Shown here in pieces: positions 16,150 through 25,138 of a DNA stretch of 28,516 nt. The stretch is taken from positions 1 through 28,516 of IMG/VR virus record IMGVR_UViG_3300042196_000130; one strand, given 5' to 3'. Both the position numbers and the translations under genes were made by a program. Source of the DNA: a virus. Taxonomy: Duplodnaviria; Caudoviricetes. The notes beneath the pieces were generated by a model. The model searched no databases and was not told where the DNA came from. It saw only the letters and a program-made list of their open reading frames with translations. How positions within the stretch are numbered: position 1 is the stretch's first letter; each line of letters starts with the position of its first letter.

Positions 16150-17047
16150 TTCGCCACTTGCCTGGTACCGACGGTGGGTCTCCGACTGGCGCCAATCACC
16201 AAAAGTGCGCCTGATGTCGTACCACCAGCAGGGAATTTATTCGGCGTTGCTCGATGAATGCTGGCACGAGGGCTCGATCCCATCGGACCCTGGCCTCATC
16301 GCGAAGCTGCTCGGGCTGGACCCAAAGCGTTTCGCGGCTGCGGATTGGCCTCTCATCGCAACCTGCTTCAAAGCGCGGAAGGATGGGCGCCTGGTGAACG
16401 TCCGCATGGAGAAAGAACGCAGAAATTCTCTCAGACTTTTACGGGCGCAGAGGGCAGCTGGGAGGGCATCGGCCATAAAGCGCGAAAAGAACAAGATGTT
16501 ACGAGGCAACGGACCGTCAACTGACCGTCAACGGACCGTCAACCATCAGGGTCAGGGTCAGGGTCAGGGTCAGGGTCAGAGATCAGAATCAGAGCAGCCG
16601 AACCCACCAAGCCCACCCCAACCCACCCCACCCGCCACCATCCCTGCCACCCCGGCAGAGCCGCCCGCTGGCGGGCCAGGAAGTCTCAGAATCCAGGATC
16701 TCGGAGGGCTCCTCCACTCCGTCGACCAGCCGCGGCCAGACCTCCGGCTCCGGAAGGCCGTCCAGACTCAGGCGACCGCCGTCATCGACGAGATTCGGAA
16801 GCTCGAGATCGGCCAGGCCGAACCCTTCAACCCAGGCCAGTGGTGGGGACGGCACCAGGACAAGCCCGACGCGATCCGGCTCGACACCCTCTCCCAGCTC
16901 GGCCGGCGACTCCAAGCTGGCGACCGTCCCGTCTCGCCCTGGGCCTACTGCGAGACCACCCTCCGGGAGAAGGAGGCGAACCACTACGGCGGGATGGCCG
17001 AGGCCGAGTCCACGCGGCGGCTCAAGGCCGCAGGGAGGACGCGATGA
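16142..17047 (+). CDS. Phage replication initiator-like protein, DUF1376/YdaU family
   Basis: WYRRWVSDW...MSYHQQGIYSALLDECW..GSIPSDPGLIAKL...DGRLVNVRMEKER; internal iteron-like repeats in the linker, as in lambda O. Confidence 0.8.
   Translation: MASSPLAWYRRWVSDWRQSPKVRLMSYHQQGIYSALLDECWHEGSIPSDPGLIAKLLGLDPKRFAAADWPLIATCFKARKDGRLVNVRMEKERRNSLRLLRAQRAAGRASAIKREKNKMLRGNGPSTDRQRTVNHQGQGQGQGQGQRSESEQPNPPSPPQPTPPATIPATPAEPPAGGPGSLRIQDLGGLLHSVDQPRPDLRLRKAVQTQATAVIDEIRKLEIGQAEPFNPGQWWGRHQDKPDAIRLDTLSQLGRRLQAGDRPVSPWAYCETTLREKEANHYGGMAEAESTRRLKAAGRTR
16507..16593 (+). repeat. Iteron-like repeats, putative replication origin
   Basis: CAAC(G/T)GACCGT x3 (16507-16539), then TCAGGG x5 (16546-16575) and degenerate TCAGA units. 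Confidence 0.65.
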
Positions 17048-17472
17048 CGCACCGCATGACCATGGACGACTTCTACCTGGAGAAGCTGCGGCTTAGGGAG
17101 CCCGTCAACCAAGCGGAGATCGACCGCTTCTACGGCGACTTCCGGCTGGATCTCCTCCATCGGGTGATGAACGGCGAGTTCAAGCCGGGACGAGTGGCGA
17201 AGATGCTCCGCGATGCAATGCCGACATTCCCGCAGCAGTCGGGGCTCATGACACAAGAGGCCGAGGACTTGGACGCTCTGATCGAGATGTGGGGAAAGGA
17301 TGCCTGGCTGCCGGAGGATCCGAAGCGTCCCAATCAGGAGTACGCCTCCGACTACGCATGGCGCATCTTCGCAGGCGATCGAGAACGGATTGCCGCGAAG
17401 CTCGCCGCGGAAGGCACCACACCCAAGCAGGCCTACATAGCGCTCGTCATGCGGCCGAAGAAGGCGAGGTAA
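17044..17472 (+). CDS. Hypothetical protein
   Basis: Start at 17044 (ATGA overlap, RBS GGAGG); 142 aa. Confidence 0.7.
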   Translation: MTHRMTMDDFYLEKLRLREPVNQAEIDRFYGDFRLDLLHRVMNGEFKPGRVAKMLRDAMPTFPQQSGLMTQEAEDLDALIEMWGKDAWLPEDPKRPNQEYASDYAWRIFAGDRERIAAKLAAEGTTPKQAYIALVMRPKKAR

Positions 17473-17543
17473 GGATGCGCGGCCCATCTGAGACCTGCCC
17501 GGAAAGCCCCTAACCCGGAAAGCGCATGGAGTAGCATGGTCTT

Positions 17544-18200
17544 ATGGGCCAGCCTCGACCAGCCAGCGACAAGACCCGCCCCGCCCGGATCAAGGCCAAG
17601 CTCCGGGACATTCAGGCGCTCGATCTCCGGATCGGCGGCGCCACCTTCGCCCAGATCGCCCAGCAGCTCGGCTGGGCCAACGAGTCCGGCCCCTACAAGG
17701 CCGTGGTCCGCACCCTCGAGCGGATGGCCAAGGAGCCCTCCGAGGCGGCGCGCGCGCTCGAGCTCCGGCGGCTCGAGGCCATGACGCTCGCCATCTGGCC
17801 CCGGGTGATGAAAGGCGAGATTGATGCTCAGGCGGAGGCCCGGCACCAAGTCGAGCTGCGCTCGCGCATCCAGGGCTTCCTCGCCGTGCCGCCGCCGCAG
17901 CTCACGGTGAACGTCGGGCCGGGCGCTGGTGGTACCTTCGGCCCGGGGTCGGCTGCCGCGGCCTTCGTGCTGCCGACGTTCGCGAGCGAAGAGGAGCGCC
18001 ACGAGTACCTGAGGCACTGCGCCGCGGTGCTCGCCGGCGGACAACCGGGAGCCCCGAGAGAGGTCGAAGCGGAAGTCATTGCCGATGAGCCAGACGAGCC
18101 AGATGTCACAGATGGCGGAAGCAACGGCGCCGGCACTCCTCAAGGCGATGGAGGCGGCCCGAGCGGGAATGGTGGAGGCGGCCCGGGAGAGCCCGGCTGA
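17544..18200 (+). CDS. terS: Terminase small subunit (HTH type)
   Basis: ALDLRIGGATFAQIAQQLGW HTH and RALELRRLE helix; directly precedes the large terminase. Confidence 0.75.
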   Translation: MGQPRPASDKTRPARIKAKLRDIQALDLRIGGATFAQIAQQLGWANESGPYKAVVRTLERMAKEPSEAARALELRRLEAMTLAIWPRVMKGEIDAQAEARHQVELRSRIQGFLAVPPPQLTVNVGPGAGGTFGPGSAAAAFVLPTFASEEERHEYLRHCAAVLAGGQPGAPREVEAEVIADEPDEPDVTDGGSNGAGTPQGDGGGPSGNGGGGPGEPG

Positions 18201-19599
18201 TTTCGGGTGGTACATCCTCGGCCTCGAGCCCAAGCCGTTTCATCGCGAGTGGCAGCGCCACTTCTCCGAGCACGCGAACCTCATCTTGTGGGCTCCTGTG
18301 CATCATGGGAAGAGTACCTGCCTCACCGTTCTCCGCACGATATGGGAGCTTGGCCGGGAACCGGATCTTCGCATCCTTCTTCTTTCAAAAACTGAGGAGA
18401 AGGCCAAGAAGTGGCTGGCGCAGATCCAGGCCAACATCGAGCACAACAAGAAGCTCCATGACGTGTTCCCCGATCTCTTGCGGGAGAGGCGTCTCGGCTA
18501 CTCGCAGTCGTGGTCATCGACTTCGGCCATCATCCAGCGCCGGCAGCCGCTTGGCGAGAAGGAGTACTCGGTCGAGGTCGGTGGCCTCTATTCGGACATC
18601 GCGGGCTCGCACTACGACCTGATCGTGCTCGACGATCTCTTGGACTTCGTGAACACGCGCACGGTCGGCGAGCGCGATAAGTCCTACGACTGGATCACGG
18701 CCACTGTGATCGGCCGGCTCTCGCCGAAGGGTGGGCGCATCTGGGGCATCGGGACCGCGCAGCACGAGCAGGACGCCTACCATCGCCTCGTCAAGGAGTC
18801 GGGCTTCTTTGGCGTCAAGTACCAGGCTGGTGTTGCACCCTGCCTCTGGCCCGAGGTGTGGTCGGTGGAGAAGCTGCAAGCGTTCCTCGCCATCGTTCAG
18901 CAGCTCGAATACGACCGCCAGATGCTCAACATCCCCTTCGGCGAGCAGACGGGCTGGTTCCCGGTTCTGGCGGCGCGGAAGTGCCAGGAGCTGTGCACGG
19001 ACCCCGAGTCTTGGTGGTACGCGCGGCCGCCGGGTGATCTCCTCTTCGTCGTCGCTGGGATGGACCTCGGGGCCTCGCGGCAGAAGGGCTCGGCGCTCTC
19101 GGCGATCTTCGTCGCCGGCGTGGACCGCGAGGGGCTCCGACACGCGCTCCACATCCGGAGCGGGCTCTGGGTCGGGATCGAGCTGTTCAAGGAATTCATC
19201 GCCGTCCAGCGCGCCTTCGAGCCCGACGAGTGGTGCGTCGAGTCGAACGCGGCCCAGCTCCACGTGGCCGAGATGATGGCGGACCCGGCGATCCAGGCGG
19301 CGGTTGGGGCGACGCCGAGCGAGTGCGGACGGATCAGCGTGTATGCCCTCTACACGACGCCGCAGCTCGAGGACACGCATTGGGGAATCCGGGCAGCCGG
19401 CGGACGGATGCAGTCCCTTCAGTGGCGCATCCCGAAGGGGCAGACGGAGGTCGAGCACTGGTTCGCTGATCTCAAGCGCTACTCGCCGGCCGAGCACCCA
19501 GGGGATAGACTCAAGGCGTTCCACATGGCGGACGCGCGACTTGAGGGGGCAGGGGAGCCGATCATCAAGATCGCGAGTTCGATCGTGATTCAGAGGTAG
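18112..19599 (+). CDS. terL: Terminase large subunit
   Basis: Walker A APVHHGKST, Walker B LIVLDD, IGTAQH coupling motif, nuclease GMDLG...VESN...GD. Start uncertain (18079-18169). Confidence 0.9.
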   Translation: MAEATAPALLKAMEAARAGMVEAARESPADFGWYILGLEPKPFHREWQRHFSEHANLILWAPVHHGKSTCLTVLRTIWELGREPDLRILLLSKTEEKAKKWLAQIQANIEHNKKLHDVFPDLLRERRLGYSQSWSSTSAIIQRRQPLGEKEYSVEVGGLYSDIAGSHYDLIVLDDLLDFVNTRTVGERDKSYDWITATVIGRLSPKGGRIWGIGTAQHEQDAYHRLVKESGFFGVKYQAGVAPCLWPEVWSVEKLQAFLAIVQQLEYDRQMLNIPFGEQTGWFPVLAARKCQELCTDPESWWYARPPGDLLFVVAGMDLGASRQKGSALSAIFVAGVDREGLRHALHIRSGLWVGIELFKEFIAVQRAFEPDEWCVESNAAQLHVAEMMADPAIQAAVGATPSECGRISVYALYTTPQLEDTHWGIRAAGGRMQSLQWRIPKGQTEVEHWFADLKRYSPAEHPGDRLKAFHMADARLEGAGEPIIKIASSIVIQR

Positions 19600-19612
19600 G
19601 AGGAATGCCAGG

Positions 19613-19876
19613 TTGACCAAACATGGCGAGTGTATCCACTGCGGTGCCGAGGCCGAGATATGCATCGACTGCGGCGTGCTGAACGAGGTGATGGACGAGG
19701 CGGTCATGACGGCGGCGAAGGCGGTCCGCGATGCCATCGCCAAGCATGTCGACGGCAAGTTCGCCGCCTGGGTTGATGTGAGCGTGGCCGAAAACTTCGA
19801 CGATCCGGCGGTTTCCGCCATCGTCCGGCTGGCCCTTGACAGCCCCAGGTTGACGCCGCCCGCCCGCCAGGAGTAG
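19613..19876 (+). CDS. Hypothetical protein with CxxC motifs
   Basis: TTG start after AGGAGG; CIHC...CIDC. Confidence 0.6.
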   Translation: MTKHGECIHCGAEAEICIDCGVLNEVMDEAVMTAAKAVRDAIAKHVDGKFAAWVDVSVAENFDDPAVSAIVRLALDSPRLTPPARQE

Positions 19877-19931
19877 CCTGCCCTCAGTGGCAGGCCGGCA
19901 CGTTCCAGGCAGAAACGGAGGACCCGACCCG

Positions 19932-20378
19932 ATGACGCCCGAAGAGAAGCTACGCCACTGGGAGGACACCTTCCGGGGCATGAGGCTCTACCCGTTCTTC
20001 GTCCACGAGCCCTACTGCATCCTGCAGATCGCCCATCCGGGGGACGAGCGCTCGCTCGCAGCCTCGATCTACCAGCTCGGCGAGAAGCTCAAGGCCTACG
20101 CGGTCGAGCTACTTGGCGAGGCCGGCGCCCTTCGGTCTGCCATGGGTCCGCCGGCGCCGATGAACCCGGCCTTCCCGCCGCAGGCGCCGGAGTTCGCGCA
20201 GCCGATGGCCCCGGTCGCTCAGTCTGCCCCTGCTGCCCCGGCTCCGCAGTTCCCGCCGGCCGCCCGCCGTGGCCGCGGAGAGGCCCTTCCGCCGGGCATC
20301 CAGGAAGTCCCGGGTGCGGGGCCGTCGTTCTCGTTCCTCGCCCCGCCGGCGCCCGGAGCCAAGCCCTCGGTCGCGTGA
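19932..20378 (+). CDS. Hypothetical protein with Pro/Ala-rich tail
   Basis: Start MTPEEKLRHW after GGAGG; stop overlaps the portal GTG. Confidence 0.7.
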   Translation: MTPEEKLRHWEDTFRGMRLYPFFVHEPYCILQIAHPGDERSLAASIYQLGEKLKAYAVELLGEAGALRSAMGPPAPMNPAFPPQAPEFAQPMAPVAQSAPAAPAPQFPPAARRGRGEALPPGIQEVPGAGPSFSFLAPPAPGAKPSVA

Positions 20379-22288
20379 GAAGGAGTCCGCCCGTGCCCGT
20401 GATCGTGGGCGACCAGCCGACCAGCCCCGAAGGCGCCGAGCCCGAAGCGCCGGCCGAAGGCGCGGGCGAGGAGTTCGTCGTCGCCAAGTCGATCGTCGTC
20501 TCCCGGGCGGCAGAGCGCGACGAGGAGTCCTACCGGCGCTCGATGCCGCCCGTCATGTCCCGATCGGTCCTCCGGAGCCGCTGGCTCGAGCAGCAGGAGG
20601 GCCAGAAGCAGCGGCGCTCGCGCACCTACGCCGGCCGGGAGACGAGGGCGGACGAGATCATCCAGCCGCCATATGACCTCCGGGCGCTGGCGCAGCTACT
20701 CGAAGACTCGCCCGACTTCGCCTCGGTGGTCGAGCAGCTCGCGGTGGACGTCTCGGGCCGCGGCTGGGATCTCGTGGACGCCGAGGACCCGCTGCCCGAG
20801 CCAGGCGAGCCGTGGCCGGCTTCACCCGCCACCATCGCCGACCAGGACCGCGCGATCACCGAGGAGCGAATGCGCGCGACGGCGTGGCTCAAGGCGCTGC
20901 CGCGGGACTTCACGGGTGGGAAGCTCTCCGTCCAGGACCTGTCGAAGAACGCGCAGGTCGACTACGAGGCGCTCGGCGAGGGTTACATCGAGGTGGCGCC
21001 TGAGCCCGGCGGCGACGAGTCGGCGCCCATCCCGGCGCAGCTCTATCACATCCAGGGCCAGTACGTGCGGAAGCGCGAGGACGGCACGTACGTCCAGCTC
21101 GACGTCAACGGGCGCGAGGCCGCCTTCTTCCGCCAGTTCGGCTCGGACCCCGAGGCACCGTCTTCGCGGTACACCCGGGACGAGGCCTTCAAGGCGGGGC
21201 TCGACGAAGAGGGCGAAGGCGCACTCAAGAACGAGCTCTTCGAGCTTCGGCGCTACCACCCGAACGAGCTTCACTACGGGCTCCCGCTCATCGTCTCGGC
21301 GCTCGCCGCCGTGCGCGGCAACATCTTCTGCGACGACCGAAACGTCCGCTACTTCATCAACCGCGCGATGCCCGACTGGGTGGTCGAGCTCAAGGCCAAC
21401 AAGGCCACGATCAACTCGACCACGAACAACCTCGTCGACCGCTACGAGGAAGCCATCCGCGAGCACATGGAGTACGTGCTCAAGGGCGACGACTACCGGA
21501 CGCTCATCCTCCGGGTGCCGACGGGCGAGATGGAGACGACGTGGACGAAGCTGACGACGGAGTTCGAGCCGGCGGGACTCGACGCCTACCAGCTCCGAAA
21601 CCGCGACGTCACGATCCGCGTCTACCGTGTGCCACCGCACCGGCTCGGGATCGTCGAGACGGCGAACCTGGGCTCGGGCTCAGGCGAGTCGCAGGACGAG
21701 ACCTACAAGCACGCCCAGGTGGACCCGCGGCAGGAGAGGCTCGAGGACTTCTGGGACGAGCTTCTCAAGCGCCGGGGCTTCCGCGGGCTGTCGTTCCTCT
21801 ACCGGGACATCGACGTCACGGATGAGGTCCGCGAGATGCAGCTCTACGTGATGGCCGACGCCACGGGTGCCCTCTCGGTCAACGAGGGCCGCCGCTGGCT
21901 CTCGCGGATGGTGAAAGACCAGGACTTCCCGGACTTGGATGAGGACGACGCCGACACGCCCAAGTACCTGCTCGAAGCTCGGGCGGCGCAGACGGGCGGG
22001 GGCCTTGAAGGGCTCTTCGGCAGCGGTGGTGCTCTGCCGGAGCGCGAAGGCGCTGGCGCTCTGCCGTCGCCCGCCGGAGGTGCGGGCGGACTCCCGGCGC
22101 CGGCCATGCAGGGGACCCTCGCCTTCGACCCGGGGTATGCTCGGGTGAGGCGTGAGATGCAGTCGCGGATGGGGCGGATGCGGGAGCGCAGGGCGCGGCT
22201 CCTTGAAGTGGCGGCCGGGGCGAGGAGGCCGGCCCCGAAGCCCGAGAACGGCGACCGCGCAGCGGCGCCCGAAGCGATTGCCCCATGA
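20375..22288 (+). CDS. Phage portal protein (PBSX-like)
   Basis: IIQPPYDLRALAQL, DYEALGEGYIEV, HYGLP, YFINRAMPDWVV, IRVYRVPPHRLGIVETANLG, SVNEGR motifs; located after terL. Confidence 0.9.
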   Translation: MRRSPPVPVIVGDQPTSPEGAEPEAPAEGAGEEFVVAKSIVVSRAAERDEESYRRSMPPVMSRSVLRSRWLEQQEGQKQRRSRTYAGRETRADEIIQPPYDLRALAQLLEDSPDFASVVEQLAVDVSGRGWDLVDAEDPLPEPGEPWPASPATIADQDRAITEERMRATAWLKALPRDFTGGKLSVQDLSKNAQVDYEALGEGYIEVAPEPGGDESAPIPAQLYHIQGQYVRKREDGTYVQLDVNGREAAFFRQFGSDPEAPSSRYTRDEAFKAGLDEEGEGALKNELFELRRYHPNELHYGLPLIVSALAAVRGNIFCDDRNVRYFINRAMPDWVVELKANKATINSTTNNLVDRYEEAIREHMEYVLKGDDYRTLILRVPTGEMETTWTKLTTEFEPAGLDAYQLRNRDVTIRVYRVPPHRLGIVETANLGSGSGESQDETYKHAQVDPRQERLEDFWDELLKRRGFRGLSFLYRDIDVTDEVREMQLYVMADATGALSVNEGRRWLSRMVKDQDFPDLDEDDADTPKYLLEARAAQTGGGLEGLFGSGGALPEREGAGALPSPAGGAGGLPAPAMQGTLAFDPGYARVRREMQSRMGRMRERRARLLEVAAGARRPAPKPENGDRAAAPEAIAP

Positions 22289-22455
22289 AGCATCAGCACG
22301 ATTACCGGATCTACGGGATGAGCGCGACCAGTGAAGGGCGCGCATGCTCGATCTGCGGCAAGGAGGATTCCTACGCATCAGAATGGGTGGTCGGAATCCT
22401 CTTCGCTGCTTTCGTTGTGGGAATCCCGTTCGCGGCTTACTACCTGCGACCATGA
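22285..22455 (+). CDS. 56-aa membrane protein with H/C cluster (not in the ORF track)
   Basis: MKHQHDYRIYGMSATSEGRACSICGKEDSYASEWVVGILFAAFVVGIPFAAYYLRP; ATGA overlap with the portal stop. Confidence 0.6.
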   Translation: MKHQHDYRIYGMSATSEGRACSICGKEDSYASEWVVGILFAAFVVGIPFAAYYLRP

Positions 22456-22628
22456 ATGGAGGCATCGACATGAAGCGAAACCTGTCATGCGGCGGCGGCG
22501 GCTGCCGTGAGCGTCGCCACGCGGGGCGCGAAGTCTCGCGGCGGCATCCGGCAAAGGCCCGGGGCAAGGCGCGGGGCATCTGCTCTCCGTCCCGCCCGCC
22601 CCGGGCTCCACGCCGGCCGCGGTAGAGA

Positions 22629-23228
22629 ATGGTCTCGCATCGGCACGAGAACCCATTCGGCCGCGGGCGGCTCAAGGTCTGCCCCGACTGCGGGGAGCCC
22701 TTCGTCGCGCCGCCTGTGCCGTTCGCCGGCCGCGGTGCCCGCATGGGTCCCTACGGTATGGCGCTCGACGGTGCCCCGCTACTCAAGCGCGCCGCCCGGG
22801 CGATCCAGCACGACCGCCTCTACGGGCCTACGGTCAAGGACCGCCAGGAGAACCCGCGGCTCGTCAAGGGCACGTGCCCCAAGTGCCTCGCGGACTTCTG
22901 GACCATGCCCAAGTACGGGCACGACCTCTGCCGGTGCGGCTGGCTCTTGAAGATCGAGCCGCTCTTCGGTGCCCTCTCGGTGGACGACGTGGTCCGGGTC
23001 TTCGACCCGACCGGGCTCTCGATGGTACGGGACGGCGCCGAGGAGAGGCTGCGGTTGAAGGAAGGGGTGCGGAGGATCTACGAAAACTGGCGAACCAGGG
23101 GGATCGCCAAGGTTGAGATCACGATCGAGGACGGGAAGCGCCGGGCGCATTTGAGCCTGCCGACCGGCGAGTATCTGTGGGACGAGAGGGAGGACCGGGG
23201 ACGTGCCGACACTCAACCAGCGGGCTAG
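22629..23228 (+). CDS. Zinc-ribbon hypothetical protein
   Basis: CPDCG, CPKC, CRCG; 199 aa; high GC3. Confidence 0.65.
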   Translation: MVSHRHENPFGRGRLKVCPDCGEPFVAPPVPFAGRGARMGPYGMALDGAPLLKRAARAIQHDRLYGPTVKDRQENPRLVKGTCPKCLADFWTMPKYGHDLCRCGWLLKIEPLFGALSVDDVVRVFDPTGLSMVRDGAEERLRLKEGVRRIYENWRTRGIAKVEITIEDGKRRAHLSLPTGEYLWDEREDRGRADTQPAG

Positions 23229-23481
23229 GGGCCGGCTCCGCGAGACGGCGACCCTCCTCTACCGGGCACTCGGGCTCGTGCTCGACTCCCTCTCCGACGC
23301 GGGCGAAGTCATGGGCACGGAGGTTCCCGCGGTGCCGAAGTCATCGGGACGGAAACCAGGAACGCACCGGAAGCGGTTCGCCTCGGCGGCGGACCTGTCG
23401 GTCGTCCCGCGTGGATCGCTCGGCACGAAGGGGCCCAAGGTGAAGAAGGTCGCCCGCGGCGTGCCCGGACAGGAGCTGTGA
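23203..23481 (+). CDS. Hypothetical basic protein
   Basis: GTG start after GGAGG; 92 aa; stop overlaps the next start. Confidence 0.55.
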   Translation: MPTLNQRARGRLRETATLLYRALGLVLDSLSDAGEVMGTEVPAVPKSSGRKPGTHRKRFASAADLSVVPRGSLGTKGPKVKKVARGVPGQEL

Positions 23482-23870
23482 TGCCAGCGCCAACCCCTGA
23501 TCCGCTGCCTGCCGAGAATCCATCGGGCCTCCGAACGGCCATCGTGCGCATCCGGACTCCCGAGCTGCCGGCCGAATGGAATCGCCCCGCGGGGGTCTAC
23601 ATCGGGAACGAGGTCGAGGTGGCCGTCCTCGACGAGAAGACGGGGGAGCCGATCGCCGTGCTGAATCAGGTGCAGCGCATCGTGATCGAAGTACCGCGTG
23701 AGGGCTTCGTGTTCGCAACGATCGAAACCGACGGAGTGAAGTTCGACGTGAAGGCCGAGGCGAAGATCGAGCCGCCGCAGCCCGCGCTGCCGCACGTCCC
23801 TGCCGCCGAGATCGACGCTCGCATCGGCAAGATGCAGGGCGGCGGTCCAGGAGAACCCTATGGCGACTGA
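23478..23870 (+). CDS. Hypothetical protein
   Basis: RBS AGGAG; beta-strand-rich core; 130 aa. Confidence 0.65.
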   Translation: MMPAPTPDPLPAENPSGLRTAIVRIRTPELPAEWNRPAGVYIGNEVEVAVLDEKTGEPIAVLNQVQRIVIEVPREGFVFATIETDGVKFDVKAEAKIEPPQPALPHVPAAEIDARIGKMQGGGPGEPYGD

Positions 23871-23876
23871 GGTGTC

Positions 23877-24302
23877 ATGAGCACTCTGCCGTTCGACACT
23901 GGCTCCGGTCCCCGCTCTCGCCTTCTCCTGCGAAGCATCGAGTACACCGACCTCGCCCGCGCCGAGCATAAGCCAAAGCGTCGATCTGGAAAGAAGTGGG
24001 GCCGTCCATTTTGGAGCCGAGTTGAAAAGTCGGACGGTTGTTGGCTGTGGACGGGCCGCTCACGGACTGCATTCGGATACGGAATCTACCGGCGCCCCCT
24101 CGTGAACGGCGGCAGGCTAATTGTTGCCCATCGACACGTTTGGGAGCAGACGTTTGGAGCTGTTCCTGCCGGTCTTTGCGTGCTCCACCGTTGCGACAAC
24201 CCGCTCTGTGTGAGGCCGGATCATCTATTTCTCGGGACGAAGAGAGACAACACGCACGACATGATCGCGAAAGGACGGCAGAAGGGATGCTGCTGGAAGT
24301 GA
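23877..24302 (+). CDS. HNH (His-Me finger) homing-type endonuclease
   Basis: FWSRVEKSDGCWLWTG...GYG...AHRHVW...VLHRCDNPLCVRPDHLFLGT..DNTHDMIAKGR; lower GC than the flanks. Confidence 0.9.
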   Translation: MSTLPFDTGSGPRSRLLLRSIEYTDLARAEHKPKRRSGKKWGRPFWSRVEKSDGCWLWTGRSRTAFGYGIYRRPLVNGGRLIVAHRHVWEQTFGAVPAGLCVLHRCDNPLCVRPDHLFLGTKRDNTHDMIAKGRQKGCCWK

Positions 24303-25138
24303 CATCACCACGTCAGAGACTCTTGCTTCGGTCGCTTGAGGTTCAGGATCTGAGCAACTTCAGGGACAGGGAGGACGGTTATATCATTTCGCAGTCGGTG
24401 CCAGATATTGCGGCATATCCAGTGCTCCGCAAACTCGCGGCGGCTGGCAAGAGGATGCTGAGATATCTCAACGTGCTCCAGATGCCGCGCGACGAGTGGG
24501 TCGATCCTCCGGGCGAGAACGCCTGGATGAACTGGCTCGCGTCCTACCCGGCGGCCGGACCGCTCACAGCACCCGATGGCTCGATTCCGCGAACGCCGTG
24601 GTTCGGGATGACGAAGATGTGGGCCTGGCCCCGGCTCGGGCGGCTCGAGCGCGCTGAGGTCCGAGCCAAGCTCTACGAGCTGACGTGCCCTCCGGGCTGG
24701 GGTCTCTTCCTCGACCACTTCTGGCTTGAGCCCCGTTGGTGGATGTTCCAGGACCCGGATCAGTATCGGCTCTTCGACCCGGTCATGTGGCAGGCGTGGC
24801 GGTTCAACATCCTGGCCTTCTTGGCCGAGGCGCGGCTCGCGGATGATCGCTTCGTCTTGGTGAACGGCGAGAACTCGGCGCCACCGCCCTCCTACTTCGA
24901 GCGCGCCGACTGGACGATCGAGGCGACGTGGGCAGAGCATCTGAAGCTCTGGCGGTCGCATCCCGACAGCGTTCTCTCGGTGTGGGCTGGTGCCGCCTGG
25001 GCGGTGCAGGACGCGATCGAGGTGTGGATGCAGACGGGCGGCTGGCTCGCGTTCACGGGAGACGCGGTGGACGTGGACCGCGCCTACGATGCGGCGAGGC
25101 GGAGGCGGGCGCCGTCGACGGGGCAGGCCACTGGATGA
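24287..25138 (+). CDS. Hypothetical protein, possible TIM-barrel glycoside hydrolase-like
   Basis: Trp-rich 283 aa with spaced motifs LRYLN, GLFLD, VLVNG, YFE; alternative GTG start at 24299 overlaps the HNH stop. Confidence 0.45.
   Translation: MLLEVTSPRQRLLLRSLEVQDLSNFRDREDGYIISQSVPDIAAYPVLRKLAAAGKRMLRYLNVLQMPRDEWVDPPGENAWMNWLASYPAAGPLTAPDGSIPRTPWFGMTKMWAWPRLGRLERAEVRAKLYELTCPPGWGLFLDHFWLEPRWWMFQDPDQYRLFDPVMWQAWRFNILAFLAEARLADDRFVLVNGENSAPPPSYFERADWTIEATWAEHLKLWRSHPDSVLSVWAGAAWAVQDAIEVWMQTGGWLAFTGDAVDVDRAYDAARRRRAPSTGQATG

Noticed and set aside
16507-16593. Short tandem repeats considered as a CRISPR array or telomere
   Set aside because: Units are 6-11 bp with no spacers, in frame within a gene; no cas genes present.
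18514-22744. Long antisense ORFs opposite terL and portal, and plus-strand ORFs opposite the early arm
   Set aside because: Expected shadow ORFs in high-GC3 DNA; Arg/Pro-rich, with no motifs or RBS.
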